DNA of 64,000 bases from an uncultured bacterium (GTDB lineage: Bacteria; Zhuqueibacterota; QNDG01; JAGLOF01), in NCBI GenBank assembly GCA_964621645.1, contig CAZUMH010000006.1:5173-69172 (forward strand), given 5' to 3'. The position numbers and the translations under genes were made by a program. Each line of letters starts with the position of its first letter. The first letter of the stretch is position 1. Below the pieces are notes generated by a model. The model made no database searches and was not told the origin of the DNA. It worked only from the letters and a program-made list of their open reading frames with translations. This document shows positions 1-9,194 of this stretch, piece after piece.

Positions 1-2619
1 ACGCCGGGACACACCGGATTCGCCCACTTGTTTGAACATATGATGTTCCAGGAATCTGAGAATGTGGGACAGGATCAATTCTTTAGCAGGATCCAGAGCG
101 CCGGCGGAACCCTGAACGGCGGCACCGGGAAGGACGGCACCGTTTATTTCGAGGTCGTCCCCAAAAACGCCCTGGAGATGGTGCTCTGGATGGAATCCGA
201 TCGCATGGGGTATCTGCTGAGCAAGGTTACCAAGGAAGCCTTTATCAACCAGCAGAATGTGGTCCAGAACGAGAAGCGTCAGACCACAGACAACCGGCCT
301 TATGGATACACCAGTTACATGATCGACAAGCTGCTTTATCCCGCCGACCACCCCTATAGCTGGCAGGTCATCGGTTCCATGGAGGATCTTACCAACGCCA
401 CTCTGCAGGATGTGCACGATTTCCATGAGAAGTGGTATCTCCCCAATAACGCCACCCTGGTCGTGGCCGGTGATTTCGACGAGGTTCAGACCAAACAGTG
501 GATCAAGAAATATTTCGGCGATATTCCGTCCGGTCCCAAGGTTGAGGATATGGCTCCCCGTCCAGTGACTTTGTCAGAAACCAAACGGGCCTACTATGAA
601 GACAAATTCGCTAAATCACCCGAGTTGAATATGGTGTTTCCCACCGTGGAAGAGTATACAGATGATTCCTACGCCCTGGACATGATGGGCCAGCTTTTCG
701 CCAGAGGCAAGAAGGCCCCGCTTTACAAGGTAATCGTGGAGGAGAAGAAGCTGGCGCCCTACGCTTCGGCCTATAACAACAGTATGGAGCTGGCGGGGAC
801 CTTCAATATCCGGATCCGTACCTTTCCCGGTATATCCCTCAATGATGTCGAGAAGGCGGTGTTCGAAGCCTTCGGCCGTTTTGAAGAAGAAAAGTTTAGC
901 GAGGAAGATCTCTCCAGGATCAAAGCAGGCATCGAGACCAGCGTGTACAATTCCATCAGCAGTGTGCTCGGTAAGTCATTCCAGCTGGCCCGTTATAATG
1001 AATATGCCGGATCACCGGGGTATCTGACAGAAGACCTGCGCCGCACGCTGGCCGTGACCAGTGATGATGTCTGGCGGGTGTACAACAAGTACATCAAGGG
1101 CAAGAACTATGTACTTACCTGTGTGGTGCCCAAAGGGCAGGCTGACCTGGCGGCGGATAACTGCAAACTGTTCCCCATTAAAGAGGAATCGGCGGCCGAT
1201 CAGGTGGAAGTAACCAGCGCCAAGGGTGAGGATATCAAAGTGCAGCCACCTCCCTCCAGTTTCGACCGCAGCGTGGAGCCGACCATTGGCCCTGATCCCC
1301 TACTCACCCTGCCCGCGGTATGGACGAGCAAGCTGGCCAACAATATTGAATCGTTCGGCATCACCCATAACGAGCTGCCGCTCATCCAGTTCCGGATCAG
1401 CCTCAAAGGCGGCATGCTACTGGACGAACCGGGTAAGATCGGTACGGCGGCCCTGCTGGCGGACATGCTGACCGAAGGCACTGCCAACAAGACACCCGTG
1501 GAACTCGAGGAGGCCATTGATAATCTGGGTGCCAATATCACCGTCTACGGCGGAAGGGACCAGATTACGCTCGCCGCCAATTGCCTGGTTTCAAAACTCG
1601 ATGAGGTGTTCGCTCTGGCCCATGAAATTCTTTTTGAACCCCGCTGGGATGAGAAAGAATTCGCCCGCCTGAAGGATGAAACAATCGAATCCATCAAGCG
1701 GAGAGAGGCTGACCCGTCCTCGGTGGCATCCAGTGTCTTTTCCAAGCTTGTCTACGGCCCCGAGAGCAAACTTGCCCTCTCTACCAGCGGAACCCAGGAA
1801 TCGGTCCAATCCATCAGCATCGATGATCTGAAAGCCTATTATGAGAAAAATTTCTCTCCCGATATGACCCAGCTTATGATCGTGGGAGATATCACACAGG
1901 GCAAGGCCGAGAAACTCTTTAAGACACTGGAAGACTGGCAGGAAAAAGAGGTGCGATTCCCCCAGCTTCCCGACGCACCGGCCTATAAGCACCCCCAGCT
2001 GTATTTCATCGATTTTCCCGGTGCCAAACAGTCTCAGATTCGGGTGGGACACCTGGGATTGAAAGCCTCCGATCCGGATTACTACAAAGCAACGGTGATG
2101 AATTACAAACTGGGCGGCAGCTTCAACGGTGTGTTGAATATGATCCTGCGGGAAGAGAAGGGCTACACCTACGGCGCCCGCTCGGGTTTTTACGGTTCCG
2201 AATACGGCGGCCAATTCATGGCCTCATCAGGAGTGCGGTCCACCGCGACAGAGGAATCGGTGGATATTTTCAGAAATTCCATCACCGATTACCGCAAGGG
2301 TATCTCTGAAGAGGATCTGCAGTTTACCAAGGACGCCCTCCTTAAATCCAACGCCCGCCGTTTTGAGACTATCGGGGCTTTGCTCGGTATGCTCGACGAG
2401 ATCGCAACTTACGGAAAACCCGCAGACTACGTGAAGCAGGAAGAGACCGAAGTGCGGGAAATGACGCTGAATGAGCACAAGACTCTGGCACAGGAGTACC
2501 TCCATCCCGACCGGATGATCTATCTGGTCGCGGGTGACGCAGCCTCCCAGATGCGTGGGCTGCGTAAACTTGGATTGGGTGTTCCGGTCCTCCTGGACAA
2601 GGAAGGGAATCGACGCTAA
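1..2619 (+). CDS. M16 (pitrilysin/insulinase) family zinc peptidase, two-half fused form; 5' end lies outside the window
   Basis: Frame 1 is open from base 1 and reads TPGHTGFAHLFEHMMF, giving the inverted zincin motif HxxEH (HLFEH at 25-39). It is followed by GGTLNG and a downstream E in 'VLWMESDRM'; the C-terminal half carries LREEKGYTYG. Confidence 0.95.
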   Translation, partial: TPGHTGFAHLFEHMMFQESENVGQDQFFSRIQSAGGTLNGGTGKDGTVYFEVVPKNALEMVLWMESDRMGYLLSKVTKEAFINQQNVVQNEKRQTTDNRPYGYTSYMIDKLLYPADHPYSWQVIGSMEDLTNATLQDVHDFHEKWYLPNNATLVVAGDFDEVQTKQWIKKYFGDIPSGPKVEDMAPRPVTLSETKRAYYEDKFAKSPELNMVFPTVEEYTDDSYALDMMGQLFARGKKAPLYKVIVEEKKLAPYASAYNNSMELAGTFNIRIRTFPGISLNDVEKAVFEAFGRFEEEKFSEEDLSRIKAGIETSVYNSISSVLGKSFQLARYNEYAGSPGYLTEDLRRTLAVTSDDVWRVYNKYIKGKNYVLTCVVPKGQADLAADNCKLFPIKEESAADQVEVTSAKGEDIKVQPPPSSFDRSVEPTIGPDPLLTLPAVWTSKLANNIESFGITHNELPLIQFRISLKGGMLLDEPGKIGTAALLADMLTEGTANKTPVELEEAIDNLGANITVYGGRDQITLAANCLVSKLDEVFALAHEILFEPRWDEKEFARLKDETIESIKRREADPSSVASSVFSKLVYGPESKLALSTSGTQESVQSISIDDLKAYYEKNFSPDMTQLMIVGDITQGKAEKLFKTLEDWQEKEVRFPQLPDAPAYKHPQLYFIDFPGAKQSQIRVGHLGLKASDPDYYKATVMNYKLGGSFNGVLNMILREEKGYTYGARSGFYGSEYGGQFMASSGVRSTATEESVDIFRNSITDYRKGISEEDLQFTKDALLKSNARRFETIGALLGMLDEIATYGKPADYVKQEETEVREMTLNEHKTLAQEYLHPDRMIYLVAGDAASQMRGLRKLGLGVPVLLDKEGNRR

Positions 2620-2645
2620 ACGCCATTCCCCAGGATTATAATAAT

Positions 2646-2678
2646 AAAAAAAGCCGGACGAATCGTCCGGCTTTTTTT
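2646..2678. terminator. Bidirectional intrinsic terminator between convergent genes
   Basis: A7-GCCGGACG-AAT-CGTCCGGC-T7: a perfect 8-bp GC stem with A and T tracts on either side, located between the two stop codons. Confidence 0.9.
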
Positions 2679-2700
2679 ATCCGATCAGCGGCTGATATTA

Positions 2701-4200
2701 TCAGGCCGTCCGCTCCCGGCTGATCCGTTTAGCCTTGAGCATAATGACCAGACCTCCGATGCCGATCATCAGCATAATACCGGCCTGGATGGCGGTTTTG
2801 ATAGGGAGCTTTCCGGTTGTTGTGGTCACAAAGTAGAGCATGGCCACGGCTCCGGCGATAATAAGACAGTAGACAATGGTCATGACCGTATGGGCCCGGG
2901 CCCTGGTTTCCGCTGTATCCTGGCCGAAGATTTTATTGTAAATACCCAGGGCGCCCACGGTCGCTACACCGAGAACTGCGAAGGTGAGCCAGAAGGTGCG
3001 CAGAGTCCCGGCAACGCCCGCCTGATTTACCAGGGGAACCAGGATAGCATTGTATAATTCACCGCCGACATTGGACCCCACCAGAGAGCCGATGACTCCA
3101 TAGAGGAAGGCGTAGCCCATATAGGTAGCCTTACTCTCATGGGGGGCGATGAAGCCGACGTAACTGTAGTATTTCGGATGAGTAGTCATTTCCCCCAGGG
3201 AGAAAACCATAATACCGATAATGAATATCCAAATGCTCTGGGAAAGGCTGAGAAACAGGAATCCCATGGAGCCGATAAAGATACCGGCCATCATTGTGGG
3301 CAAAGCCTTGAGATTTTTTACAATCCGGCTTACAACAATCTGAAGCAGGACGATGGTGGCGGCATTGAGTACGGTGACATGCTGTGCGTCGAAATGAAAG
3401 GATATGCCGATTCTGGCGAATGCGTTATTGACGGGAGTAGCATCGATGAAGTCACGCAGGTACCAGAGGATGGACCCGAAGTTCTGGAAATAGAGAATCC
3501 AGAAGCAGGAATAGATGAAAATAAGCAGCATGAAACGGGCATCCGAGAGAACCATGGCCGCGTCGGAAAGCACCTGTTTCAGCTTTTTACTGGATTCGGG
3601 ACGGGGTGGATCCTTGTAAAGAAATATGGTCGGCAGCAGCATGAGGAAGCAGTAGAGAGAACTGGCCAGAAAGACGTAGCGCCAGGAAAAACCGCGCAGG
3701 TATCCGGCAACCAGAGGAGCGATGAGCGCGCCGAGATTGATCATCCAATAATACACCCCGAAACCGAATCCTGAATTTTTCTCATCGGTGGTGCGCGCCA
3801 CGGTCCCGGTGATGATCGGTTTGAAGAGCCCCGATCCTGTCGCCATGACCAAGAGAGCGGCGAAGATGATCCAGTAACTGGTAACATGTCCGGCTATGAA
3901 ATAACCCGTGGAAAGCATGGAGAAGGCAATCAACAGCTGGCGGCGGTATCCGTAGCGGTCGGCCAGGGCGCCTCCCAGGATCGGAACAACATAGGTAACG
4001 GCGTAGACGATGCCTTGCAGGAGACCGACTTCATCCTCGGCGAATCCCAGACCTCCGCCCACGGTATCAGTCAGATAGCGGGCCAGAAGGGCGTTCAGTC
4101 CGTAATAGGCGCCCCGCTCGAAAAGCTCCATAACATTGGCCAGCCAAAATGTTGAAGGAAGTGAAGCGAGCAGACCTTTTTTCTTTTCTCTTTTTGCCAT
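2701..4200 (-). CDS. MFS transporter, POT/PTR (proton-dependent oligopeptide) family
   Basis: N-terminal ELFERGAYYG matches the ExxERFxYY motif; GGALADRYG, GSGLFKP and GFGVYYWMINLG are typical; many hydrophobic helices. Confidence 0.85.
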   Translation of the reverse strand: MAKREKKKGLLASLPSTFWLANVMELFERGAYYGLNALLARYLTDTVGGGLGFAEDEVGLLQGIVYAVTYVVPILGGALADRYGYRRQLLIAFSMLSTGYFIAGHVTSYWIIFAALLVMATGSGLFKPIITGTVARTTDEKNSGFGFGVYYWMINLGALIAPLVAGYLRGFSWRYVFLASSLYCFLMLLPTIFLYKDPPRPESSKKLKQVLSDAAMVLSDARFMLLIFIYSCFWILYFQNFGSILWYLRDFIDATPVNNAFARIGISFHFDAQHVTVLNAATIVLLQIVVSRIVKNLKALPTMMAGIFIGSMGFLFLSLSQSIWIFIIGIMVFSLGEMTTHPKYYSYVGFIAPHESKATYMGYAFLYGVIGSLVGSNVGGELYNAILVPLVNQAGVAGTLRTFWLTFAVLGVATVGALGIYNKIFGQDTAETRARAHTVMTIVYCLIIAGAVAMLYFVTTTTGKLPIKTAIQAGIMLMIGIGGLVIMLKAKRISRERTA

Positions 4201-4419
4201 AATATCCCCTCATCAATTAATTAGTGATAACAGATATTATATTTATTGGTGTGTAGTGCAAGGTAAGAGAAATTGAGATTAATATCCAGTTTTATTTTTC
4301 ACTGTAATAGTGAAGGAAAGGTAATGCTCCTGTTATTTTTTTCTTGCATTTCTTCAAGTTTAAAAAGTATATTGATTAGCATTCGTATTCCAGTGTGATC
4401 ATTAAATGAGGGAAGAGAA

Positions 4420-5466
4420 ATGAGAATGACCCGTATTGTTTTGTTATTTATCGTTGTGGCGCTGTTGTGGATGTCCTGCGGTACGACTTCGACTATCGGC
4501 ATCAATGTACTGAAACCGGCGGCGGTGGACATGCCGGGAGTGAAAAAAATTGCGGTGGTGGATTTTAAAGGACCAGAAGGTTCAGGGAGCCAGATCGCGG
4601 CTATGGTACAGTCCATGCTGATGGAATCACAGCATTATGAAATTATGGAGCGGGACAAGATCAGCCGTCTCCTGGAAGAGCAGAATATGGGAATGGCCGG
4701 TATTGTCGATCCCACTACCGCGGCAAAGGTGGGAGCCATTCTCGGAGTAGACGCCATGGTCTTCGGGGAAATTTCTACCTATGAAGTCCCTCCCGATAAA
4801 AAGATCACCAACAAGGTGAAAGAACAGAAATTCACCGGAAAATACGAAACGGTGGAGGAAAAAGATTCCAAGACCGGTCAGGTAAAACAGGTACGCAAGA
4901 AGATCTATGAGGATGTCTGGGTCGACAAAGTGACCTGGGTGCGTCAGGGGTCGGTTGCTATCAATTTCCGGGTGGTGGACGTTAAAACCGGAAAACTGCT
5001 GGCGGCCCACAGCGACGCCGAAAGCTATGACAGCCAGAAAGAAAAAAAGTCTTGGTTCAGCCAGGAACAGAAGCTTAAACCACAGGGTGAGATATTATCG
5101 GATCTTTCACAGAATATCTGCCGCAGGTTTGTACATATGATCGCTCCTTATTATGAAACAGAAAACCGGATTATCGAAGGGGGCGAAGGGCAGATCGCGG
5201 TCGGTAAAAAATATGCTGATGTGGGGCTCTGGCCGGAGGCCATGGAAGCCTGGCAGCAGGCCGTTCAGGACCTGCCGCAGAATCCTTCCGGATATTATGA
5301 TTTGGGACTGGCATATGAAGTGCAGGGCGACCTGGCCAGAGCCGAGGCCGCTTACAAGAAAGCCGTGGAATTAAATACCAAGACCCTTTATATGGAAGCG
5401 CTGGCCCGCATTCGTGCAGCCCAGGAAGATCAGATCAAACTGCAGGAACAGTTGAAGGATCGTTAA
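4420..5466 (+). CDS. Lipoprotein with a CsgG/TolB-N-like domain and C-terminal TPRs
   Basis: Lipobox LWMSC; KIAVVDF...YEIMERDKISRLLEEQ...AAKVGAILGVDAMVFGEI is a CsgG-like signature; TPR pattern YYDLGLAYEVQGDLARAEAAYKKA. Confidence 0.75.
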   Translation: MRMTRIVLLFIVVALLWMSCGTTSTIGINVLKPAAVDMPGVKKIAVVDFKGPEGSGSQIAAMVQSMLMESQHYEIMERDKISRLLEEQNMGMAGIVDPTTAAKVGAILGVDAMVFGEISTYEVPPDKKITNKVKEQKFTGKYETVEEKDSKTGQVKQVRKKIYEDVWVDKVTWVRQGSVAINFRVVDVKTGKLLAAHSDAESYDSQKEKKSWFSQEQKLKPQGEILSDLSQNICRRFVHMIAPYYETENRIIEGGEGQIAVGKKYADVGLWPEAMEAWQQAVQDLPQNPSGYYDLGLAYEVQGDLARAEAAYKKAVELNTKTLYMEALARIRAAQEDQIKLQEQLKDR

Positions 5467-5549
5467 GGAATACAGTACAGGATAATTATATATAGATAAA
5501 ACGCCGCATCCTGATAAACGACTCTGATACAATTCAGAAGGTTGACTAT

Positions 5550-5580
5550 CCGCCTCTCACTTGCGAGAGGCGGTTTTTTT
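5550..5580 (+). terminator. Intrinsic terminator
   Basis: CCGCCTCTC-ACTTGC-GAGAGGCGG followed by T7. Confidence 0.85.
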
Positions 5581-5765
5581 AACCAGGGAATTATTACCCG
5601 AAATCAGTTATGATTTCCCTATCCTTGGTGCTACCGCTTTTTATGTCGCTCCTGCCATAAGACCATAATAACTAAGTTATTACACCCTGTTAAAAATATG
5701 CAGACGCCCAGGCATACTCTTTGGTATATAGTAACGGGAACGGCCATGTACCGGGAGACATAGTT

Positions 5766-5990
5766 TTGGCTGCTGAAAGGATAAAAAAATCATACGGAAT
5801 GATTTGAGCCTGACTCGGGATGATTTTGCATACTGTTTGGGTCTGACGTTGAGCACGGTGAACCCGCTGGGAAAACAACAGCAGCACTCCCGGTGAACTG
5901 GTTTTATTTCAGATTACGCGTATGGCCCGGCGGGGCCGGAAGAAAACAGGAAAAGGAACGGATTCCCTAATCAGGAGGAGAGACCGATGA
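5766..5990 (+). pseudogene. Frameshifted XRE-family helix-turn-helix regulator (pseudogene or assembly error)
   Basis: Three frames join into (L/M)AAERIKK / IRNDLSLTRDDFAYCLGLTLSTVN / RWENNSSTPGELVLFQITRMARRGRKK.... Breaks fall at the A7 run (5783-5789) and the C3 run (5863-5865). The final TGA overlaps the next ATG (ATGA, 5987-5990). Confidence 0.7.
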
Positions 5991-6385
5991 ATGATAAATC
6001 CATCCTTATCATCGAAGATGAGTTGAAGTTCGCCAAAATAGTAAAAATGCGTTTGGAAGCCAACGGCTATGAGGTGGATGTGGCCGGTGACGCCTACAAC
6101 GGCACCAAGAAGATCATCCAGGAAGATTACAACGTCATTATTCTGGATCTGGGGATGCCTGCCGGCGGCGGATTTTCCATACTGGACCGAATAAGAAAAA
6201 TACCCAGTAAAGCAGATATCCCGGTAATAATCCTCACCGGTCAGACGATCGATGATGATATGATGGAACGAGTTCGGGAATATGATGTGACGGCAGTGCT
6301 CAACAAACCTCTCGAAGACAATTTGCTGCTGGACCTTCTGCGGTCTACCCTGCAACGGGGAGAGCACATCAGTGTATTCGGATGA
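5987..6385 (+). CDS. Stand-alone response regulator receiver (CheY-like)
   Basis: ILIIEDE, IILDLGMP (phospho-Asp), ILTG and LNKP are all intact; AGGAGG Shine-Dalgarno upstream. Confidence 0.9.
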   Translation: MNDKSILIIEDELKFAKIVKMRLEANGYEVDVAGDAYNGTKKIIQEDYNVIILDLGMPAGGGFSILDRIRKIPSKADIPVIILTGQTIDDDMMERVREYDVTAVLNKPLEDNLLLDLLRSTLQRGEHISVFG

Positions 6386-6437
6386 AGAGTGTCACTCAGG
6401 GTAAATAGTAGATCAGGCATTACGATAACAGAAGAAA

Positions 6438-6941
6438 TCAATCCGGAAGAATACGTTTAATTCCCACCAGCCTTTTTCTGTAATAAGCCTCATTCAGACT
6501 TGAGATAATAACTCCCTGGGAAGCGGTGGCATGAATGAATGCATTACGCCTCAGATATAACGCCACATGGGAGATCCCCGCGGAATCCTCGTTTCTAAAA
6601 AAGAGCAGGTCTCCCAATTGCAGCGAGCGCAGACTGATCATCCTGCCCATTTGATAGAGGGCGGTGGATTGATGGGGCAGGGTGAGACCGGTGGCTTTAC
6701 GATAGATATAACACACCAGGCCGGAGCAATCGAATCCCCGCAGGTCCGCGCCGCCCCAGCGGTAGGGAGATCCCAGACAGGAATGAGCGGTACGCATTAT
6801 TCTGCCCGCAGCGGCCGGCTCCCTGCGAGAAAACTCCGGATAGGGAGCGCAGGATATCCTCGTGAGCAGGATAACCATCACGAGAGATGCCGTCAGAATA
6901 ATAGAAAATTTTCTTGATTTTTCCCTGGAAAATATCACCAA
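6438..6941 (-). CDS. NlpC/P60 (C40) peptidoglycan peptidase, probable lipoprotein; start uncertain
   Basis: LGSPYRWGG, GFDCSGLV (catalytic Cys), GDLLFF, HVALY and FIHA. Confidence 0.9.
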   Translation of the reverse strand: MVIFSREKSRKFSIILTASLVMVILLTRISCAPYPEFSRREPAAAGRIMRTAHSCLGSPYRWGGADLRGFDCSGLVCYIYRKATGLTLPHQSTALYQMGRMISLRSLQLGDLLFFRNEDSAGISHVALYLRRNAFIHATASQGVIISSLNEAYYRKRLVGIKRILPD

Positions 6942-7063
6942 TAAAGGTTATCTTTTTTATAGTAAATGTCAAGCCTGAAATCCCTTGTTTTTAATCCCTG
7001 CAACCTGGATCCTGTAATGACGTAATCTGAGTATACCCTTAAGGGCTAAACAGGAAGGAGGAA

Positions 7064-7420
7064 ATGATGGCGAATATTCCGGACAAGCAAGCGCGCCAAT
7101 GGGCCATGGCGGCGCATCTTTCAGCACTCTCACTTTTCATCGGCATCCCATTTGGGAATATACTGGGACCGCTGGTGATCTGGCTCCTGAAAAAAGACGA
7201 CCATGCCCTGATCGATAAGACGGGAAAAGAATCTCTCAATTTCCAGCTTTCTATGCTGGTATACAGCATCTGCGCCGGCATTCTGGTGCTTATTTTTATC
7301 GGCGTCCTCCTCCTCATTGCTGTCGCTGTCGTTGATGTTGTACTGGTGATTATCGCCTCGGTAAAAGTGAGCAACGGGGAGGATTATTCCTATCCGATTA
7401 CTATTCAGTTTATAAAGTAG
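7064..7420 (+). CDS. DUF4870 family membrane protein
   Basis: WAMAAHLS...NILGPLVIWLLKKD...GKESLNFQ...YSYPITIQFIK pattern; AGGAGG Shine-Dalgarno. Confidence 0.85.
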   Translation: MMANIPDKQARQWAMAAHLSALSLFIGIPFGNILGPLVIWLLKKDDHALIDKTGKESLNFQLSMLVYSICAGILVLIFIGVLLLIAVAVVDVVLVIIASVKVSNGEDYSYPITIQFIK

Positions 7421-7425
7421 CTATG

Positions 7426-7455
7426 AAAAAGGGCGGGATGATAATCATCCCGCCC
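7426..7455 (-). terminator. Intrinsic terminator downstream of the serpin gene
   Basis: 11-bp stem GGGCGGGATGA-TAA-TCATCCCGCCC with A5 on the plus strand, i.e. a U tract on the minus strand. Confidence 0.8.
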
Positions 7456-7475
7456 GGTAAGATCACTTTCCCGCC

Positions 7476-8702
7476 TTATTCCTGATAGACCGGATCGGCT
7501 GTGATACCCATAAAAAGCAGATTTCCGGCCTGGTGGTCGCGAATGAAGAAAATAAAGGGTCTGTCCATGATCATCATCGGCCCGACCGAGGTCAGCCGCA
7601 TTTCCACAGAAGTGACGGCCGCGGCTTCGGTTCCTTCTTCATTTACCTTCACGTAGGTCTTGTGTTTTACCTTGCTGATGAAGATTTGTTCGTCACTGAT
7701 GCCGCTGAAATCCGCCTGACCCGAAAAGGCGATCCCCATGCCCATGGCCATAAGAACGTCCTTCAGCTGGATCTCATACTCAATGACGAATTTCGGCAGC
7801 TGCAGGGTAATCTCCCGTTTCACCATCTGTCCGGTCCAGTTCTGCCAGTGTTCCTGGGAGAGCTCCTCAATAATATCACGTACTTTTTTCCCAGACTTTG
7901 GCAGGAGAATGGTCATGCTGTACCGTTCTTTGCTATAGGGCAGATCAACCGCTTGAAAAAGTTCATTTTCGTAGTAAGCAAACTCATTCTTCATGGCCAT
8001 GAAGGCGGCGTCTCTGTCTGAACCGTTCGGCAGGTGGAAGGCGGCCTGAACTGTTTTATCAGGATCGAACTGATAGGTCCAGTCTCCCTTGAAATAGAGC
8101 GCGTTGATCAGGAAAAGAACAGTGAGAGGATGGATTTGATCGATGATTCTCTCTATTTTCCCATTGGTATGCGTGCTGACCCAATTGTTGATGACATCGA
8201 CGCTGGCCGGATCTGAAAAATCCAGCTTCGCGATCTCCGCTCCAAAATAGGTTTCCAGGGTGCTGATATAATCATCCTTCACCGGAAAGTCTTCCCGAAT
8301 CCAGGCGGAATTGGCCACGGTGAAGATAACCCGGGAATCCAGATCGGAGAGAAAAGTCATAAGACTGAGATAGGTCTGGTTGATCTCTTCCCGGGTTAGG
8401 GTGCCATACCCAAGCACCTGGCCCATGGAATCGGCCGTGGCTCCGGCGGCACCGTCATATGCCATCCCCAGAGCAAAGGAGATGCTGAGGGGAGAAATAA
8501 AGAGATTGGAATCCGTTTTTGCTTCCGCAATCCTTCGGAAAATTTCGATACCGAATTGATTGGCCGCGGTGGATATTTCCTTTTCCAGAGTGGTGTTCGA
8601 ACGAACGGTGTCTTCGATCACCGGGGAAAAGTTTCTGGCGCAGCCGAAAATAATGGCAAGCATCGCCAGGATCAGGATGAAAAACACATTCTTGCTGTTC
8701 AT
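7476..8702 (-). CDS. Serpin (serine protease inhibitor), lipoprotein
   Basis: Lipobox IIFGC; NLFISPLSI, INALYFKGDW, VNEEGTEAAAVT hinge and DRPFIFFI signature. Confidence 0.97.
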   Translation of the reverse strand: MNSKNVFFILILAMLAIIFGCARNFSPVIEDTVRSNTTLEKEISTAANQFGIEIFRRIAEAKTDSNLFISPLSISFALGMAYDGAAGATADSMGQVLGYGTLTREEINQTYLSLMTFLSDLDSRVIFTVANSAWIREDFPVKDDYISTLETYFGAEIAKLDFSDPASVDVINNWVSTHTNGKIERIIDQIHPLTVLFLINALYFKGDWTYQFDPDKTVQAAFHLPNGSDRDAAFMAMKNEFAYYENELFQAVDLPYSKERYSMTILLPKSGKKVRDIIEELSQEHWQNWTGQMVKREITLQLPKFVIEYEIQLKDVLMAMGMGIAFSGQADFSGISDEQIFISKVKHKTYVKVNEEGTEAAAVTSVEMRLTSVGPMMIMDRPFIFFIRDHQAGNLLFMGITADPVYQE

Positions 8703-8716
8703 TGCTAACCTCCCTG

Positions 8717-9178
8717 TTATCTGAGGAAAGGAACTAATTCAGTCTTTAAGCACTTATAAGTACCGGTGGCCATGGGGCCGGCGAATCCGATGCTGGTCCA
8801 TGATCCCGTGAGCAAGCGGCCGTCAATTCTGCCGATGAGACTGAGATTGTTGTCTCTGTAATCAGGCCTGAGCTCAATCAAAAGACTGTCTCCGGTTCGG
8901 AATCCTGTAAGAGAGTCGCTCCCGATCATGGGACCGACATTCTGGGGAGATCCCACGGCTTCTATTTCCCAGGTACCCCGCACACTCCCGTCCGAATTAA
9001 TCTCCAGGCGTAACCAGCCTTTGGCAATTTCGGTACTTGTTGAGTCGAAGGCTGCGAAGCTGTATGTATCTCCGGGCTCCGGACAGATGAGTTCCTTGAG
9101 TGTATCGCAAGAAAGAAATAACAACCCCACGATGATTGGAACGAGGACTCTACTATCAATTTTCAATTTTTTATACAT
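8717..9178 (-). CDS. Hypothetical lipoprotein, beta-rich
   Basis: Lipobox LFLSC; alternating beta-strand pattern; co-directional between the outer-membrane protein and the serpin. Confidence 0.65.
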   Translation of the reverse strand: MYKKLKIDSRVLVPIIVGLLFLSCDTLKELICPEPGDTYSFAAFDSTSTEIAKGWLRLEINSDGSVRGTWEIEAVGSPQNVGPMIGSDSLTGFRTGDSLLIELRPDYRDNNLSLIGRIDGRLLTGSWTSIGFAGPMATGTYKCLKTELVPFLR

Positions 9179-9194
9179 ACATGAACACCGCTTT

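Noticed and set aside
5467-5549. Possible structured RNA before the 5550 terminator (CAGGAT/ATCCTG pairing, TCTGA/TCAGA hairpin, CTGATAA)
   Set aside because: Stems are short and AT-rich, and the hammerhead core (CUGAUGA...GAAA) and known riboswitch motifs are not matched. An Rfam/Infernal scan would be needed to revive it.
6944-6972. Sigma70 promoter for the NlpC/P60 gene (TTGACA at 6972-6967, minus strand)
   Set aside because: The -10 works only with a 16-nt spacer (TAACCT) and abuts the predicted start, so it is too uncertain to list.
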